Part shown: one piece after another, positions 25,158-32,762 of the stretch | Position numbering within the stretch: position 1 is the first letter of the stretch | Layout: the number at the start of each line of letters is the position of its first letter | Source: a virus | DNA length: 37,707 nt | Strand: one strand, 5' to 3' | IMG/VR virus record: IMGVR_UViG_3300045988_025481 | Span: 1 to 37,707 of that record | Notes under the pieces: generated by a model | What the model was told of the DNA's origin: nothing | Database searches by the model: none | The model's input: only the letters and a program-made list of their open reading frames with translations | Program-made: the position numbers and the translations under genes

Positions 25158-25731
25158 GCATTAATTCCTCGATGTCGTAGCACACTTTCAATTCAGTTAC
25201 CTGCAATAGTTTCTCTAAGAATAGTTGTTCTTCCTCTGTTTCATATGTAATGATTACACGTTGCTTTTTTAGCATATCTTCTGAATGTTCGCTAAATGCG
25301 TCCATAAGCTCGTTGTCATATCCTTCTGCATCCATGTCCTCAGTTAATGCACTAATTTCAAAATCGCCGAATCCGAATTCTCTCATATCGATTCCGTCAA
25401 TTTCTTCAAGCTCTTCCATTTCTGTTTTTAATGCGTCTAAATCCCAAGACGCTTTTTCTGCCGTTTTATTATCTGCAATTCTAAATGCTTTTACTTGCTC
25501 ATCTGTTAAATCATCTGCAACCACGCAAGGAACAGTTTCTAAGCCTAATTCTTGACTAGCTTTATATCGTGTATGACCTGCAACAATCACTCCATTTTTA
25601 TCAATAACAATAGGCACTTTGAAGCCGAATTCCTCAATAGAATTTTTAACAAATTTCACTGCTCCATCATTGATTCTAGGATTATTCTCATAAGGTTTTA
25701 GCTCATTTAATCTTTTTTCAACAATATTCAT
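25150..25731 (-). CDS. ParB N-terminal (ParB/Srx) domain protein
   Basis: 193-aa ORF. L.PYENNPR...IVIDKNGVIVAGHTRYKA...VPCVV is the ParBc motif. The C-terminus is acidic and there is no methyltransferase domain. Confidence 0.75.
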   Translation of the reverse strand: MNIVEKRLNELKPYENNPRINDGAVKFVKNSIEEFGFKVPIVIDKNGVIVAGHTRYKASQELGLETVPCVVADDLTDEQVKAFRIADNKTAEKASWDLDALKTEMEELEEIDGIDMREFGFGDFEISALTEDMDAEGYDNELMDAFSEHSEDMLKKQRVIITYETEEEQLFLEKLLQVTELKVCYDIEELMHE

Positions 25732-25749
25732 ATTCTCCTCCTTTTAAGC

Positions 25750-25995
25750 TCATAGAGCGTCATTTACATTTAGACAAGTATTTGTATTCTTTATGTATTC
25801 ATCAACGTATAACTCCTTTTTATCGCCGTTATACGTTACTTCGTAATAGTTATCTGTGCTTTGAGCACTAATCAATGCTTTATTGTTTTGAAGCACTTTA
25901 ACCATCCATACAACGAACATTTCACTGATTGCAATATTTGGATTCACTTGAAATACTGCATTCATTGCTAATTCTTGAAATTCTTTTGAACCCAT
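25750..25995 (-). CDS. hypothetical protein; first late ORF
   Basis: 81-aa ORF with AAGGAGGAGAAT-ATG. Confidence 0.55.
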   Translation of the reverse strand: MGSKEFQELAMNAVFQVNPNIAISEMFVVWMVKVLQNNKALISAQSTDNYYEVTYNGDKKELYVDEYIKNTNTCLNVNDAL

Positions 25996-26010
25996 ATTCT
26001 CCTCCTTATT

Positions 26011-26038
26011 ATTAAAAGAACCGAGACAAACGCTCGGT
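26011..26038 (-). terminator. terminator-like hairpin 20 nt upstream of the first late ORF
   Basis: Minus strand reads ACCGAG-CGTTTGT-CTCGGT followed by TCTTTT. Confidence 0.45.
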
Positions 26039-26120
26039 AATATATCAAAGCCTAATTGTATGCCATTGTTGGTATTTAATATCTAATTTTGGAAGGACTT
26101 ACTGATAGGCTTTGTAAACA

Positions 26121-26196
26121 TGGTTGCAGGAGAAGGAATTGCACCATTCGACCTCTAGCTAATAAGACTAGTGAGCTACTACTGCTCTATCCTGCT
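26121..26196 (-). tRNA. initiator-like tRNA with anticodon UAU (predicted to read AUA); CCA encoded
   Basis: Hand-folded cloverleaf. Acceptor stem G2-A7/U66-C71 with A1xA72 unpaired; U8; D stem GAGC/GCUC (A11:U24). Anticodon stem CUAGU/GCUAG with loop CUUAUUA. Variable loop AGGUC. T stem GAA(U)GG/CCUUC with loop UGCAAUU. The 3' end is A73-CCA. Confidence 0.6.
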
Positions 26197-26212
26197 AAAA
26201 CAATTATTACAT

Positions 26213-26236
26213 GAAAAAATGCTCACATTGTGAGCA
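26213..26236 (-). terminator. rho-independent terminator ending the early operon
   Basis: Minus strand reads TGCTCACA-A-TGTGAGCA followed by T6. It overlaps the stop codon of gene 26223..26549. Confidence 0.65.
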
Positions 26237-26549
26237 CTTTCTTCAAGTTCTTATTTATTTTTCTTGGAATCTCTTCTCGTGCATAACCTACAATATTAGA
26301 TGTTTTTTCTGCACTGAATCCCTTTATATATCTATACTCAATCATGGCTCTAGTCGTATCATCAAGTTGGCTTAATTTGTCTTTTACATAATTCATTCTT
26401 CTTGCATAATCTGCATGAGCCAAGAATAGCTCGGCTTTTAAAGGATAAATTGCTTCATCCCTTTGTAGCTCTGCTATCTTTTGCTCATAGTATGTATAAG
26501 ATTGACATTCGCATAGAAAATGTTTTTTAACTTCTTCATATGTACTCAT
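26223..26549 (-). CDS. late-gene transcriptional activator (RinA/ArpU/DUF1492-like, sigma region-4-type HTH)
   Basis: 108-aa ORF. IEYRYIKGFSAEKTSNIVGYAREEIPRKINKNLKK resembles a region-4 HTH. It is the last early gene before the packaging genes. Confidence 0.55.
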   Translation of the reverse strand: MSTYEEVKKHFLCECQSYTYYEQKIAELQRDEAIYPLKAELFLAHADYARRMNYVKDKLSQLDDTTRAMIEYRYIKGFSAEKTSNIVGYAREEIPRKINKNLKKVLTM

Positions 26550-26749
26550 GATGTATACATCCTCATTAATCTATTTTCTAATTCGCCAACTTTATTTTTT
26601 AATCTATTAATCTCGTGTGTTTGATTATGAATTGTTGCATTTCTTTCTTTTAAAGTCTGATTAAGCTCAATGTTCGCCCTTCCTAATATGTTATTCTTAG
26701 AAATTAACTCTTTAATCCTTTCTTCATAATTCATTTCTATTAGTGCCAC
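26546..26749 (-). CDS. small coiled-coil protein
   Basis: 67-aa ORF, translationally coupled to its neighbours. Confidence 0.5.
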   Translation of the reverse strand: MALIEMNYEERIKELISKNNILGRANIELNQTLKERNATIHNQTHEINRLKNKVGELENRLMRMYTS

Positions 26750-26752
26750 CTC

Positions 26753-27235
26753 CTAGAATGGTAAATCGTCTGAAGCAATATCTAAATCATTTTCACCGTT
26801 ATATTCTTGTTGTGCAATCTGTTGTGTTAAACTAGGTTGCGTATATGTGTTTTGAACGCCGTAAGCGTTGCTATTTGCTTGATTTGGATATTGATATGCA
26901 TTTACATTAGAACTATAATTCTGCCCATTAGAAGCGTTTTTAGGCGGTAATTGCACGTTATTAGCCACAACCTCAGTGATATACACTTTCTGCCCTTGTT
27001 GATTCTCATAATTTCTAACACTAATTCTTCCTTTGACTGTAACTAAATCACCTTTTTTGCAATACATATTTACAATATCTGCTAATTTATTCCATGCCAC
27101 ACAATTAATAAAATCTGTATTATCATTGATTCCATTTACTGCTACCGTAAACTTTGCTACGCTATTTCCATTTTGTGTTTTTGCTAACTCAACGTCTTTA
27201 GTTAAGTGCCCTGCTATTACTGCTACATTAATCAT
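26753..27235 (-). CDS. ssb: single-stranded DNA-binding protein
   Basis: OB-fold N-terminus, Q/N/Y-rich linker, and the C-terminal acidic tip DDLPF. Confidence 0.9.
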   Translation of the reverse strand: MINVAVIAGHLTKDVELAKTQNGNSVAKFTVAVNGINDNTDFINCVAWNKLADIVNMYCKKGDLVTVKGRISVRNYENQQGQKVYITEVVANNVQLPPKNASNGQNYSSNVNAYQYPNQANSNAYGVQNTYTQPSLTQQIAQQEYNGENDLDIASDDLPF

Positions 27236-27956
27236 TTTTTATTACCTCTTTTCTATCTTCAATTACTTCACATTTTGCTAGGATATCTCCAATTATTTCA
27301 TTATCATCAATGCCTTTAAAATATCCTTTTTCCTTCATCCCTCTTAAAGAATTAAATACTTTAAAACTGTATATACCCGGATAGCATTGTAATAATTCTT
27401 TTTCAAATTTAGTTAATTTGTATGCTGGCTTTTCGTGTGGTTGCTTTAGCCAATCTTTTGCCTTTTCACGACATCCTATTTGATTGATTTTAAAGTCACA
27501 GTCATTGCAATTAGTTTTATAACATAGCGTAGGTCTTCCTTTGACTACCGCTAAATTCTGCGCGTAATCTTCTAGAATTTCATCTTTGTAATGTTCAAAA
27601 TTCGTTTCCTGTTTTGTTTCTTGCTTTTCTTCTTCAAACATTTCTCTAGCAGTCATCTTTATCTTCCTCCATACTGTTAACTTCTGCCCACAGAATGGAC
27701 ATCGTGGATAATACCTGTTTCCATGATATGTTGGAATTGGAACAACTCCATGCTCGCAATTTGGACAACATAACATCAAATCACCGCATGGGCCAATTTC
27801 AACATCTATTGGTTTCTTTGGCGTTTCTTTATCCGTAAGATTTTCCAACAATCGAAAATATAACTTGGCACGGTCAGTCTCTTCTATCCCTGCTACATCA
27901 CACGTAACTTGATATTCCTTTTCAAGAACTTGCAACACTTCTTGATATTTATTCAT
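27228..27956 (-). CDS. zinc-ribbon protein, function unknown
   Basis: 242-aa ORF with CPNC...CPFC. Confidence 0.5.
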   Translation of the reverse strand: MNKYQEVLQVLEKEYQVTCDVAGIEETDRAKLYFRLLENLTDKETPKKPIDVEIGPCGDLMLCCPNCEHGVVPIPTYHGNRYYPRCPFCGQKLTVWRKIKMTAREMFEEEKQETKQETNFEHYKDEILEDYAQNLAVVKGRPTLCYKTNCNDCDFKINQIGCREKAKDWLKQPHEKPAYKLTKFEKELLQCYPGIYSFKVFNSLRGMKEKGYFKGIDDNEIIGDILAKCEVIEDRKEVIKND

Positions 27957-28209
27957 ATGCCTTTATCTCCATTTTTAAATCGTTAATAGCCTGTTTAACT
28001 TGTTTCAAGTCTAAATCTACATTAGAAACTAAATCCGCCATACGATTGTTAGAATAGCTCTGTAAAGCTGATTCTAGCGTTGTATGGTATGAGATAGGCT
28101 TTTGTACGTCTATCTCATTTCCTTCTTTATCCTTACCCTTCGCAAATGTTACAAGGGCGAATGAACCACCACTAGAAGTGATTGCATAATTGTTTTGTAA
28201 TCTAATCAT
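27949..28209 (-). CDS. hypothetical protein
   Basis: 86-aa ORF in the coupled early operon. Confidence 0.5.
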   Translation of the reverse strand: MIRLQNNYAITSSGGSFALVTFAKGKDKEGNEIDVQKPISYHTTLESALQSYSNNRMADLVSNVDLDLKQVKQAINDLKMEIKAYE

Positions 28210-28451
28210 TTGTTGTCCTCTTTCATCATTTTTAAATCGAGCAAAAATCTTTTCATCAAAAAGATTTCGTTTGCCATTCTGTCTACTATTCTATGTAAAC
28301 TCCATATTCTGCTATTATCAACTTCTGACAAACAGTCCGATTCTTTTAAAACATTCTCTAACTCATCTTTATATTTTTTTAGATTTTTTGTTTCATCTTT
28401 AATCCATAAAGTGTACATTTCAATTAAAGATTCAAGTTTTTCTTCAATCAT
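28206..28451 (-). CDS. hypothetical protein
   Basis: 81-aa ORF in the coupled early operon. Confidence 0.5.
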   Translation of the reverse strand: MIEEKLESLIEMYTLWIKDETKNLKKYKDELENVLKESDCLSEVDNSRIWSLHRIVDRMANEIFLMKRFLLDLKMMKEDNK

Positions 28452-28463
28452 TTTAATTCTCCT

Positions 28464-28739
28464 TTAAACTAGCCATAAAATCATGAGTACAATATAGTGC
28501 AAGATTTGGTCTGTCTTGTAATCAATCTTCTTATATCTTGCTTTTAACAAATCAATAATCACATGAGTTGCAAATACAAATAGCAACTTTAACGAAATAC
28601 CAAATAGAAAATAAAACGGAACACAATACAACGCACAATGTACAAACATGTGATAGAAATTATCTCCTTTTGACTTTGCAATAAAATCACATTGCAGTAC
28701 ATAATCACCAATTAAATGACACAAGATTAATTCAATCAT
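28464..28739 (-). CDS. DUF3307-like membrane protein
   Basis: 91-aa ORF with HLIGDYVLQ and 2-3 TM segments. Confidence 0.5.
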   Translation of the reverse strand: MIELILCHLIGDYVLQCDFIAKSKGDNFYHMFVHCALYCVPFYFLFGISLKLLFVFATHVIIDLLKARYKKIDYKTDQILHYIVLMILWLV

Positions 28740-29022
28740 TGTTCTCCTCCTTTAGCTTTTTAACAAATTCATCAGTTTCTTTTTTGATTTGCACTATTTT
28801 CTTTAGTTTCCTCAAGCTTGCGTTTTGCTTTTTTCTTAGCTCTTTTTCGAGTTCTTCTTGTTCTTTTTTTGAATCATTCTCAAATATTTGATTCCAAACC
28901 TTATTAATTTTTTCTTCATACTCTTCTCTTGAAACATACTTAATCGGCTTACCATTAAATGCACTTGGACGCAATGTGAATCCGTACTTTTGTTTTATTT
29001 CTTCTAAATCTTTTTCTTTCAT
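28732..29022 (-). CDS. hypothetical charged protein
   Basis: 96-aa ORF. ATGA overlaps the upstream interrupted gene. Confidence 0.5.
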   Translation of the reverse strand: MKEKDLEEIKQKYGFTLRPSAFNGKPIKYVSREEYEEKINKVWNQIFENDSKKEQEELEKELRKKQNASLRKLKKIVQIKKETDEFVKKLKEENND

Positions 29023-29288
29023 ACTTCCACCTCATCATCTTGTGGCATTTGATAAACTTGAGGACCTCTCTTTAATGCGTAAGTACCTAAACAAAAATTG
29101 TCGATATTGTAATAGTTCGTATTTTCAACGGCATTTTGAATTTCATCTAAAACCTTTAAAGCTTTTTCTTTGGTAGAATATTTTCCTAGCAATGTAGCAT
29201 TTCCAAATCCCTATATTTCACATTCTCCATCCATTTCTATATTCTGTACATTTACTAGTGCTTTCAAATCCTGACTTCTAATCCACAT
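29019..29288 (-). pseudogene. small early gene interrupted by one in-frame TAG (29211..29213)
   Basis: Hand-translated: MWIRSQDLKALVNVQNIEMDGECEI*GFGNATLLGKYSTKEKALKVLDEIQNAVENTNYYNIDNFCLGTYALKRGPQVYQMPQDDEVEV. Coupled overlaps are kept at both ends. Confidence 0.55.
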
Positions 29289-29664
29289 CTTTATTTCTCC
29301 TTTGCTTTTCTGTAACTAATCGCATATTGATTTTTGTTAATTCTTGGATTCTCTTTTTACTTTCCAAATCCATGTATGTTTCTAAATCAATTGAATCAAA
29401 ATAATCATCCATATTACTTAATCCATATTTCTCTTGTTCTTCCTTAGTATAGGTAAGATTGTTTTGATTATGTCCTTGCTCATCTAACACAAATTCATAA
29501 TCACCTTCAGTAGTTCCACAATTCTGTAAATTCATATATTGGATGTTTCCATTATCATCTAGATATAATCTATCGTGTTGGTCTGTTCCTACAATGTGAA
29601 TATATCCTGTTTGTTTATCTCTTACATAAATAAGAATTGCTTTTAAATAGTTAGGGTTGTACAT
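29278..29664 (-). CDS. hypothetical protein
   Basis: 128-aa ORF. Confidence 0.5.
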   Translation of the reverse strand: MYNPNYLKAILIYVRDKQTGYIHIVGTDQHDRLYLDDNGNIQYMNLQNCGTTEGDYEFVLDEQGHNQNNLTYTKEEQEKYGLSNMDDYFDSIDLETYMDLESKKRIQELTKINMRLVTEKQRRNKDVD

Positions 29665-29665
29665 T

Positions 29666-30181
29666 TTAATACCCTTCTTTCAATCTCTGATAGTTGATTT
29701 TGTTCTTTTCACAATAAGCTTCATAAACACGCTCAATCGTGAAGCCTAGGTATTCATTTATTGCGGTTAATCTTTCCAACTTGTTCCATTTCCATGAAAC
29801 TAAATCAGAAAAAGCTACCGTTAACCCAAACTCGTTATTTCTCATAAGGCTTAATATATTTTTTGAATTTCTTTTAAACGTACAAGTATATTCAATCCCC
29901 TTTTCTCCGTTAATGAAGTGATTCTGATAACTTAACACGAAATGCCAAACATCGACTAATTCTTCCATAACTTTTTCTTTGTCGACTGGTGGTTGCGTTT
30001 TTTTCCACCAACACCAGTTTCCTTTTAATTCATGAGTCAATTCACCGACTTCATCTAGAATAGCGAAACACAACTTCTCTTCATCAATCTCATCCAATCC
30101 ATATTCTTTCATAATTGCTTCATCCAATTTGGCTTGCATTTGAAGCATTTCTTTAATTAAATCGTATTCTTTACTTTTCAT
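29666..30181 (-). CDS. all-alpha dimeric dUTPase / MazG-like NTP pyrophosphohydrolase
   Basis: 171-aa ORF. ILDEVGELTHE...W...EELVDVWHFVLS matches the dUTPase_2/MazG metal-binding helices. Confidence 0.6.
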   Translation of the reverse strand: MKSKEYDLIKEMLQMQAKLDEAIMKEYGLDEIDEEKLCFAILDEVGELTHELKGNWCWWKKTQPPVDKEKVMEELVDVWHFVLSYQNHFINGEKGIEYTCTFKRNSKNILSLMRNNEFGLTVAFSDLVSWKWNKLERLTAINEYLGFTIERVYEAYCEKNKINYQRLKEGY

Positions 30182-30240
30182 TTGTTTCTCCTTTTTTCTT
30201 GTAATCCATTTATTTCATTTCCACAAATCCAATTAATCAT
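30178..30240 (-). CDS. 20-aa micro-ORF (MINWICGNEINGLQEKRRNK)
   Basis: Hand-translated. It exactly fills the gap: TAAATG at its start and an ATGA overlap at its end. Confidence 0.2.
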   Translation of the reverse strand: MINWICGNEINGLQEKRRNK

Positions 30241-30576
30241 TTAATCCCCTTCTAGCTCTAATTTATCGATTGAAAGTTTCAATTTTTCTGCGTATAGCGT
30301 AATGTATATCATTCTGTCTAAATCAGTTTCACTTAAATCATAAATATATGATTGTAATTCGCTTGATAGACAGTTTAGTAAAGTCTCTTTATTTATGAAA
30401 TCATCTGATATTCTTTCAATTCGCTCAGTAAGTTCTGATGTCATTTGTAATACATCTCTTATTCCTTCAAACATCATTTTTTCTTCTTGAGGTTCTTTAT
30501 ACAAAATAGATTTAATACGTTCATTTACTTTATTGTTGATTATGATTAAAGCTTTTATTTTGTTATCCATATTCAT
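30241..30576 (-). CDS. hypothetical protein
   Basis: 111-aa ORF. Confidence 0.5.
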   Translation of the reverse strand: MNMDNKIKALIIINNKVNERIKSILYKEPQEEKMMFEGIRDVLQMTSELTERIERISDDFINKETLLNCLSSELQSYIYDLSETDLDRMIYITLYAEKLKLSIDKLELEGD

Positions 30577-30583
30577 TCCCTTT

Positions 30584-31324
30584 CTACGCTCTTAATATTT
30601 CTTTCCTTACTCGTTCCATTTCTTTATGTACATCTGCATACGATTGATTGCTTTCTTGTGCATAGAATTTAGAATCAAGTTTTACAGGATTGTTCTTATT
30701 TCTTTTTGTCCATTCATCATGTACCCACTTCTGAATCACTAGTGAATGGTTCTTGTATTTTTTTCCACTTGTTTCAATGTACTCATCTAATATCTTTATA
30801 TGTTCATCTAATGAATCACCATATAAATCTAATAGGTGTGTGTGTTCTTTATCTGTAAGTAACACGTGTGAATATTCTCCGTATTTATGTTTGTGCGTAC
30901 ATACATTAATATTATTTTTATTTAATTCATTTTTAGTTGAATTATTATTTAATTTAATAGGGTTTAGATTTTCTAATTTTAGATTTTCTATTTTTAGAAT
31001 TTCTATTTTTAGATTTTCTAAATTCCGAGGATTGTCTATTAATGTATATTGCCAATCAACAATTAAATTACCTTCTCTAATAGGTTCACGAATTAAATAT
31101 CCTTTATTCATTAATTCTTTTAACCCGGAACGAACACTTGATATTCCATCTGTAGCTAATGCTTTAATACTGTTTTCCTTAAAGTCCCAATTATCCGGAA
31201 GGCTTAACATTTGGCAAAACAAGCCTTTTGCTTTATAGGATAGTTCTCTATCGTGAAATATTTCATTGTTAACGTGTGTATACCCACTTTGTAGGCTTTT
31301 CTTTAGTTCTGCTATTCTAATCAC
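30584..31324 (-). CDS. replication initiator / replisome organizer (wHTH N-terminus, DnaD-like C-terminus)
   Basis: 246-aa ORF. The N-terminal wHTH has the SVRSGLKELMNKGYLIR pattern. Iterons are embedded mid-gene. Confidence 0.65.
   Translation of the reverse strand: MIRIAELKKSLQSGYTHVNNEIFHDRELSYKAKGLFCQMLSLPDNWDFKENSIKALATDGISSVRSGLKELMNKGYLIREPIREGNLIVDWQYTLIDNPRNLENLKIEILKIENLKLENLNPIKLNNNSTKNELNKNNINVCTHKHKYGEYSHVLLTDKEHTHLLDLYGDSLDEHIKILDEYIETSGKKYKNHSLVIQKWVHDEWTKRNKNNPVKLDSKFYAQESNQSYADVHKEMERVRKEILRA
30963..31022. repeat. four tandem 15-bp iterons (TTTAGATTTTCTAAT-like); putative origin
   Basis: Units are at 30963, 30978, 30993 and 31008, next to a very AT-rich stretch (30905..30960). 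They are translated as ENLKIEILKIENLKLENL. Confidence 0.7.
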
Positions 31325-31661
31325 CCCCTAGAATTTCTACCTCTATTCTTGGATTTTGTTTATCTGTAAATACTGAATGATTCACTTGATTAATGTATTT
31401 CCTTGAATCATCCTCAAGTATTCCTGTTCTAACTAATGAATCTTGAATGAATTTAGTTGCGAATGTTACGTTATCAACATCACGCCTTGAATTCGGTTCA
31501 TACCAATTAATATTTAATTTAATTGGGTAGTTCTTAACTTCGTAAATTTCACCAAAGTTTACTGCCTGTAAGATATAAGCCATAACTAATCGCTCATTCT
31601 TTTTCTTCATTTCTGCTCCTTTGTAGCGGTTCGTTCTGCAAGCATTAATATATTCATTCAA
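31317..31661 (-). CDS. rusA: RusA-family Holliday junction resolvase
   Basis: 114-aa ORF. RRDVDNVTFATKFIQDSLVRTGILEDD matches the RusA catalytic Asp pattern. Confidence 0.7.
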   Translation of the reverse strand: MNEYINACRTNRYKGAEMKKKNERLVMAYILQAVNFGEIYEVKNYPIKLNINWYEPNSRRDVDNVTFATKFIQDSLVRTGILEDDSRKYINQVNHSVFTDKQNPRIEVEILGGD

Positions 31662-31677
31662 TCCATCTAGTTTTCCT

Positions 31678-32229
31678 TTAATTACAAACTTTATTTTCTT
31701 CCACCTTGATTCCTTTATCTAAATAATATTGGGTACTAATTCCTAATTGTTCTGCATAATCTAATATGCAATCAATTAAGACTCCCATTTGTTTTGTGTC
31801 CATTTGTGAGCTACCCAAAAACAATCTACAATTCACAAATTCATTTCCATTGTCTCTTATCTCAGTGCCCAATATTTGAACTGCTCTAACTCCATGAGCT
31901 TGAGCCAACGAATCAACACCATCTTTCAAAACTGAAACATATGTATATAACGCTTTTGCCATTCTCAAGAATTCGCAATACATATCCCATGTATCGTTGT
32001 AGCTTGCGTTTTCGTTTTCACTTATTTCCTTGATTAATGCCCACATAAGCCGATTCTGATTGTTAGTACGTAAATGCTTAACAGAATCTATAATCACGCT
32101 ATATGCCCCTTTTTCGAGTGTCTGAGCGTATGATTCGTATATTGGCTCAGTCAATTCAAATGTTATTTCTAGGTTTCCATCTTCATTTCTTGATTTTCTG
32201 ATGAAATTACCTATTAATTTTGTTTTCAA
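31678..32229 (-). CDS. hypothetical protein (possible NinB/HNHc_6-like, weak)
   Basis: 183-aa ORF. RTNNQNRLMWALIKEIS resembles the QN..lw motif of those families. Confidence 0.4.
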   Translation of the reverse strand: MKTKLIGNFIRKSRNEDGNLEITFELTEPIYESYAQTLEKGAYSVIIDSVKHLRTNNQNRLMWALIKEISENENASYNDTWDMYCEFLRMAKALYTYVSVLKDGVDSLAQAHGVRAVQILGTEIRDNGNEFVNCRLFLGSSQMDTKQMGVLIDCILDYAEQLGISTQYYLDKGIKVEENKVCN

Positions 32230-32456
32230 AATCTCATTTGCTCCATTTCTTCAAATTTTTGGATTCTGAAAAGTGCTTTTTGTTCTTCTGTAATTCCCAA
32301 TTCTTCCATTTTTTTAACATCCGTCCATGAATCTTGATACGGATTGAAGTTTTCATCCATGATGTAATTTTCTAAATCCTCAATCCTTTTAGCCTGTGAA
32401 TAATAAATATCACGAGGGTATGATTCTTGATTCTTTATAACATTGTATGAATGCAT
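32226..32456 (-). CDS. hypothetical protein
   Basis: 76-aa ORF. Confidence 0.5.
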   Translation of the reverse strand: MHSYNVIKNQESYPRDIYYSQAKRIEDLENYIMDENFNPYQDSWTDVKKMEELGITEEQKALFRIQKFEEMEQMRF

Positions 32457-32465
32457 ATTTACCTC

Positions 32466-32762
32466 CTATAGATAGTTTTTATGAAATATCTTCATAAATT
32501 CATTTCTTGTGTGTACTTCTTCAAATGCCTTTTGGCATTCCTTTTTAAGTTTCATGTCTAATTTGTGATTGAAATGTACTCCTTCACTGCTCATGTTGTG
32601 ATGTCTAGCACATAAACGTACATAGCAACCATGCTCAATTGATTTCTTTCGGTTAGCAGTACCGAAATAAATTTCATGCGTGTGTAAATCTAAAGTTGAA
32701 CCACATACATAACATTTAGACATGTCTTTTTGTAAAATTGACTTATCTCGTTTTATTTCCAA
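32466..32762 (-). CDS. zinc-finger/HNH-like small protein (NinG-like), tentative
   Basis: 98-aa ORF with CYVCG...HTHEIYFG..NR...LCARHHN...H. Confidence 0.4.
   Translation of the reverse strand: MEIKRDKSILQKDMSKCYVCGSTLDLHTHEIYFGTANRKKSIEHGCYVRLCARHHNMSSEGVHFNHKLDMKLKKECQKAFEEVHTRNEFMKIFHKNYL

Noticed and set aside
26046-26114. A second tRNA downstream of the first, suggested by a 9-bp inverted repeat resembling an acceptor stem.
   Set aside because: Only 51 nt lie between the arms. No D, anticodon or T arms can be drawn, and there is no CCA or discriminator context. I treat it as a leader or processing hairpin.
29211-29213. Genome-wide TAG reassignment or a phage suppressor tRNA as the explanation for the in-frame TAG.
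   Set aside because: TAG is the functional stop of the portal, TMP, XkdX-like and other genes. The only tRNA-like gene has a UAU anticodon, not CUA.
30963-31022. Tandem 15-bp repeats considered as a CRISPR array.
   Set aside because: The units are contiguous with no spacers, far shorter than CRISPR repeats, lie inside a coding gene, and have no cas genes nearby. They fit replication iterons.
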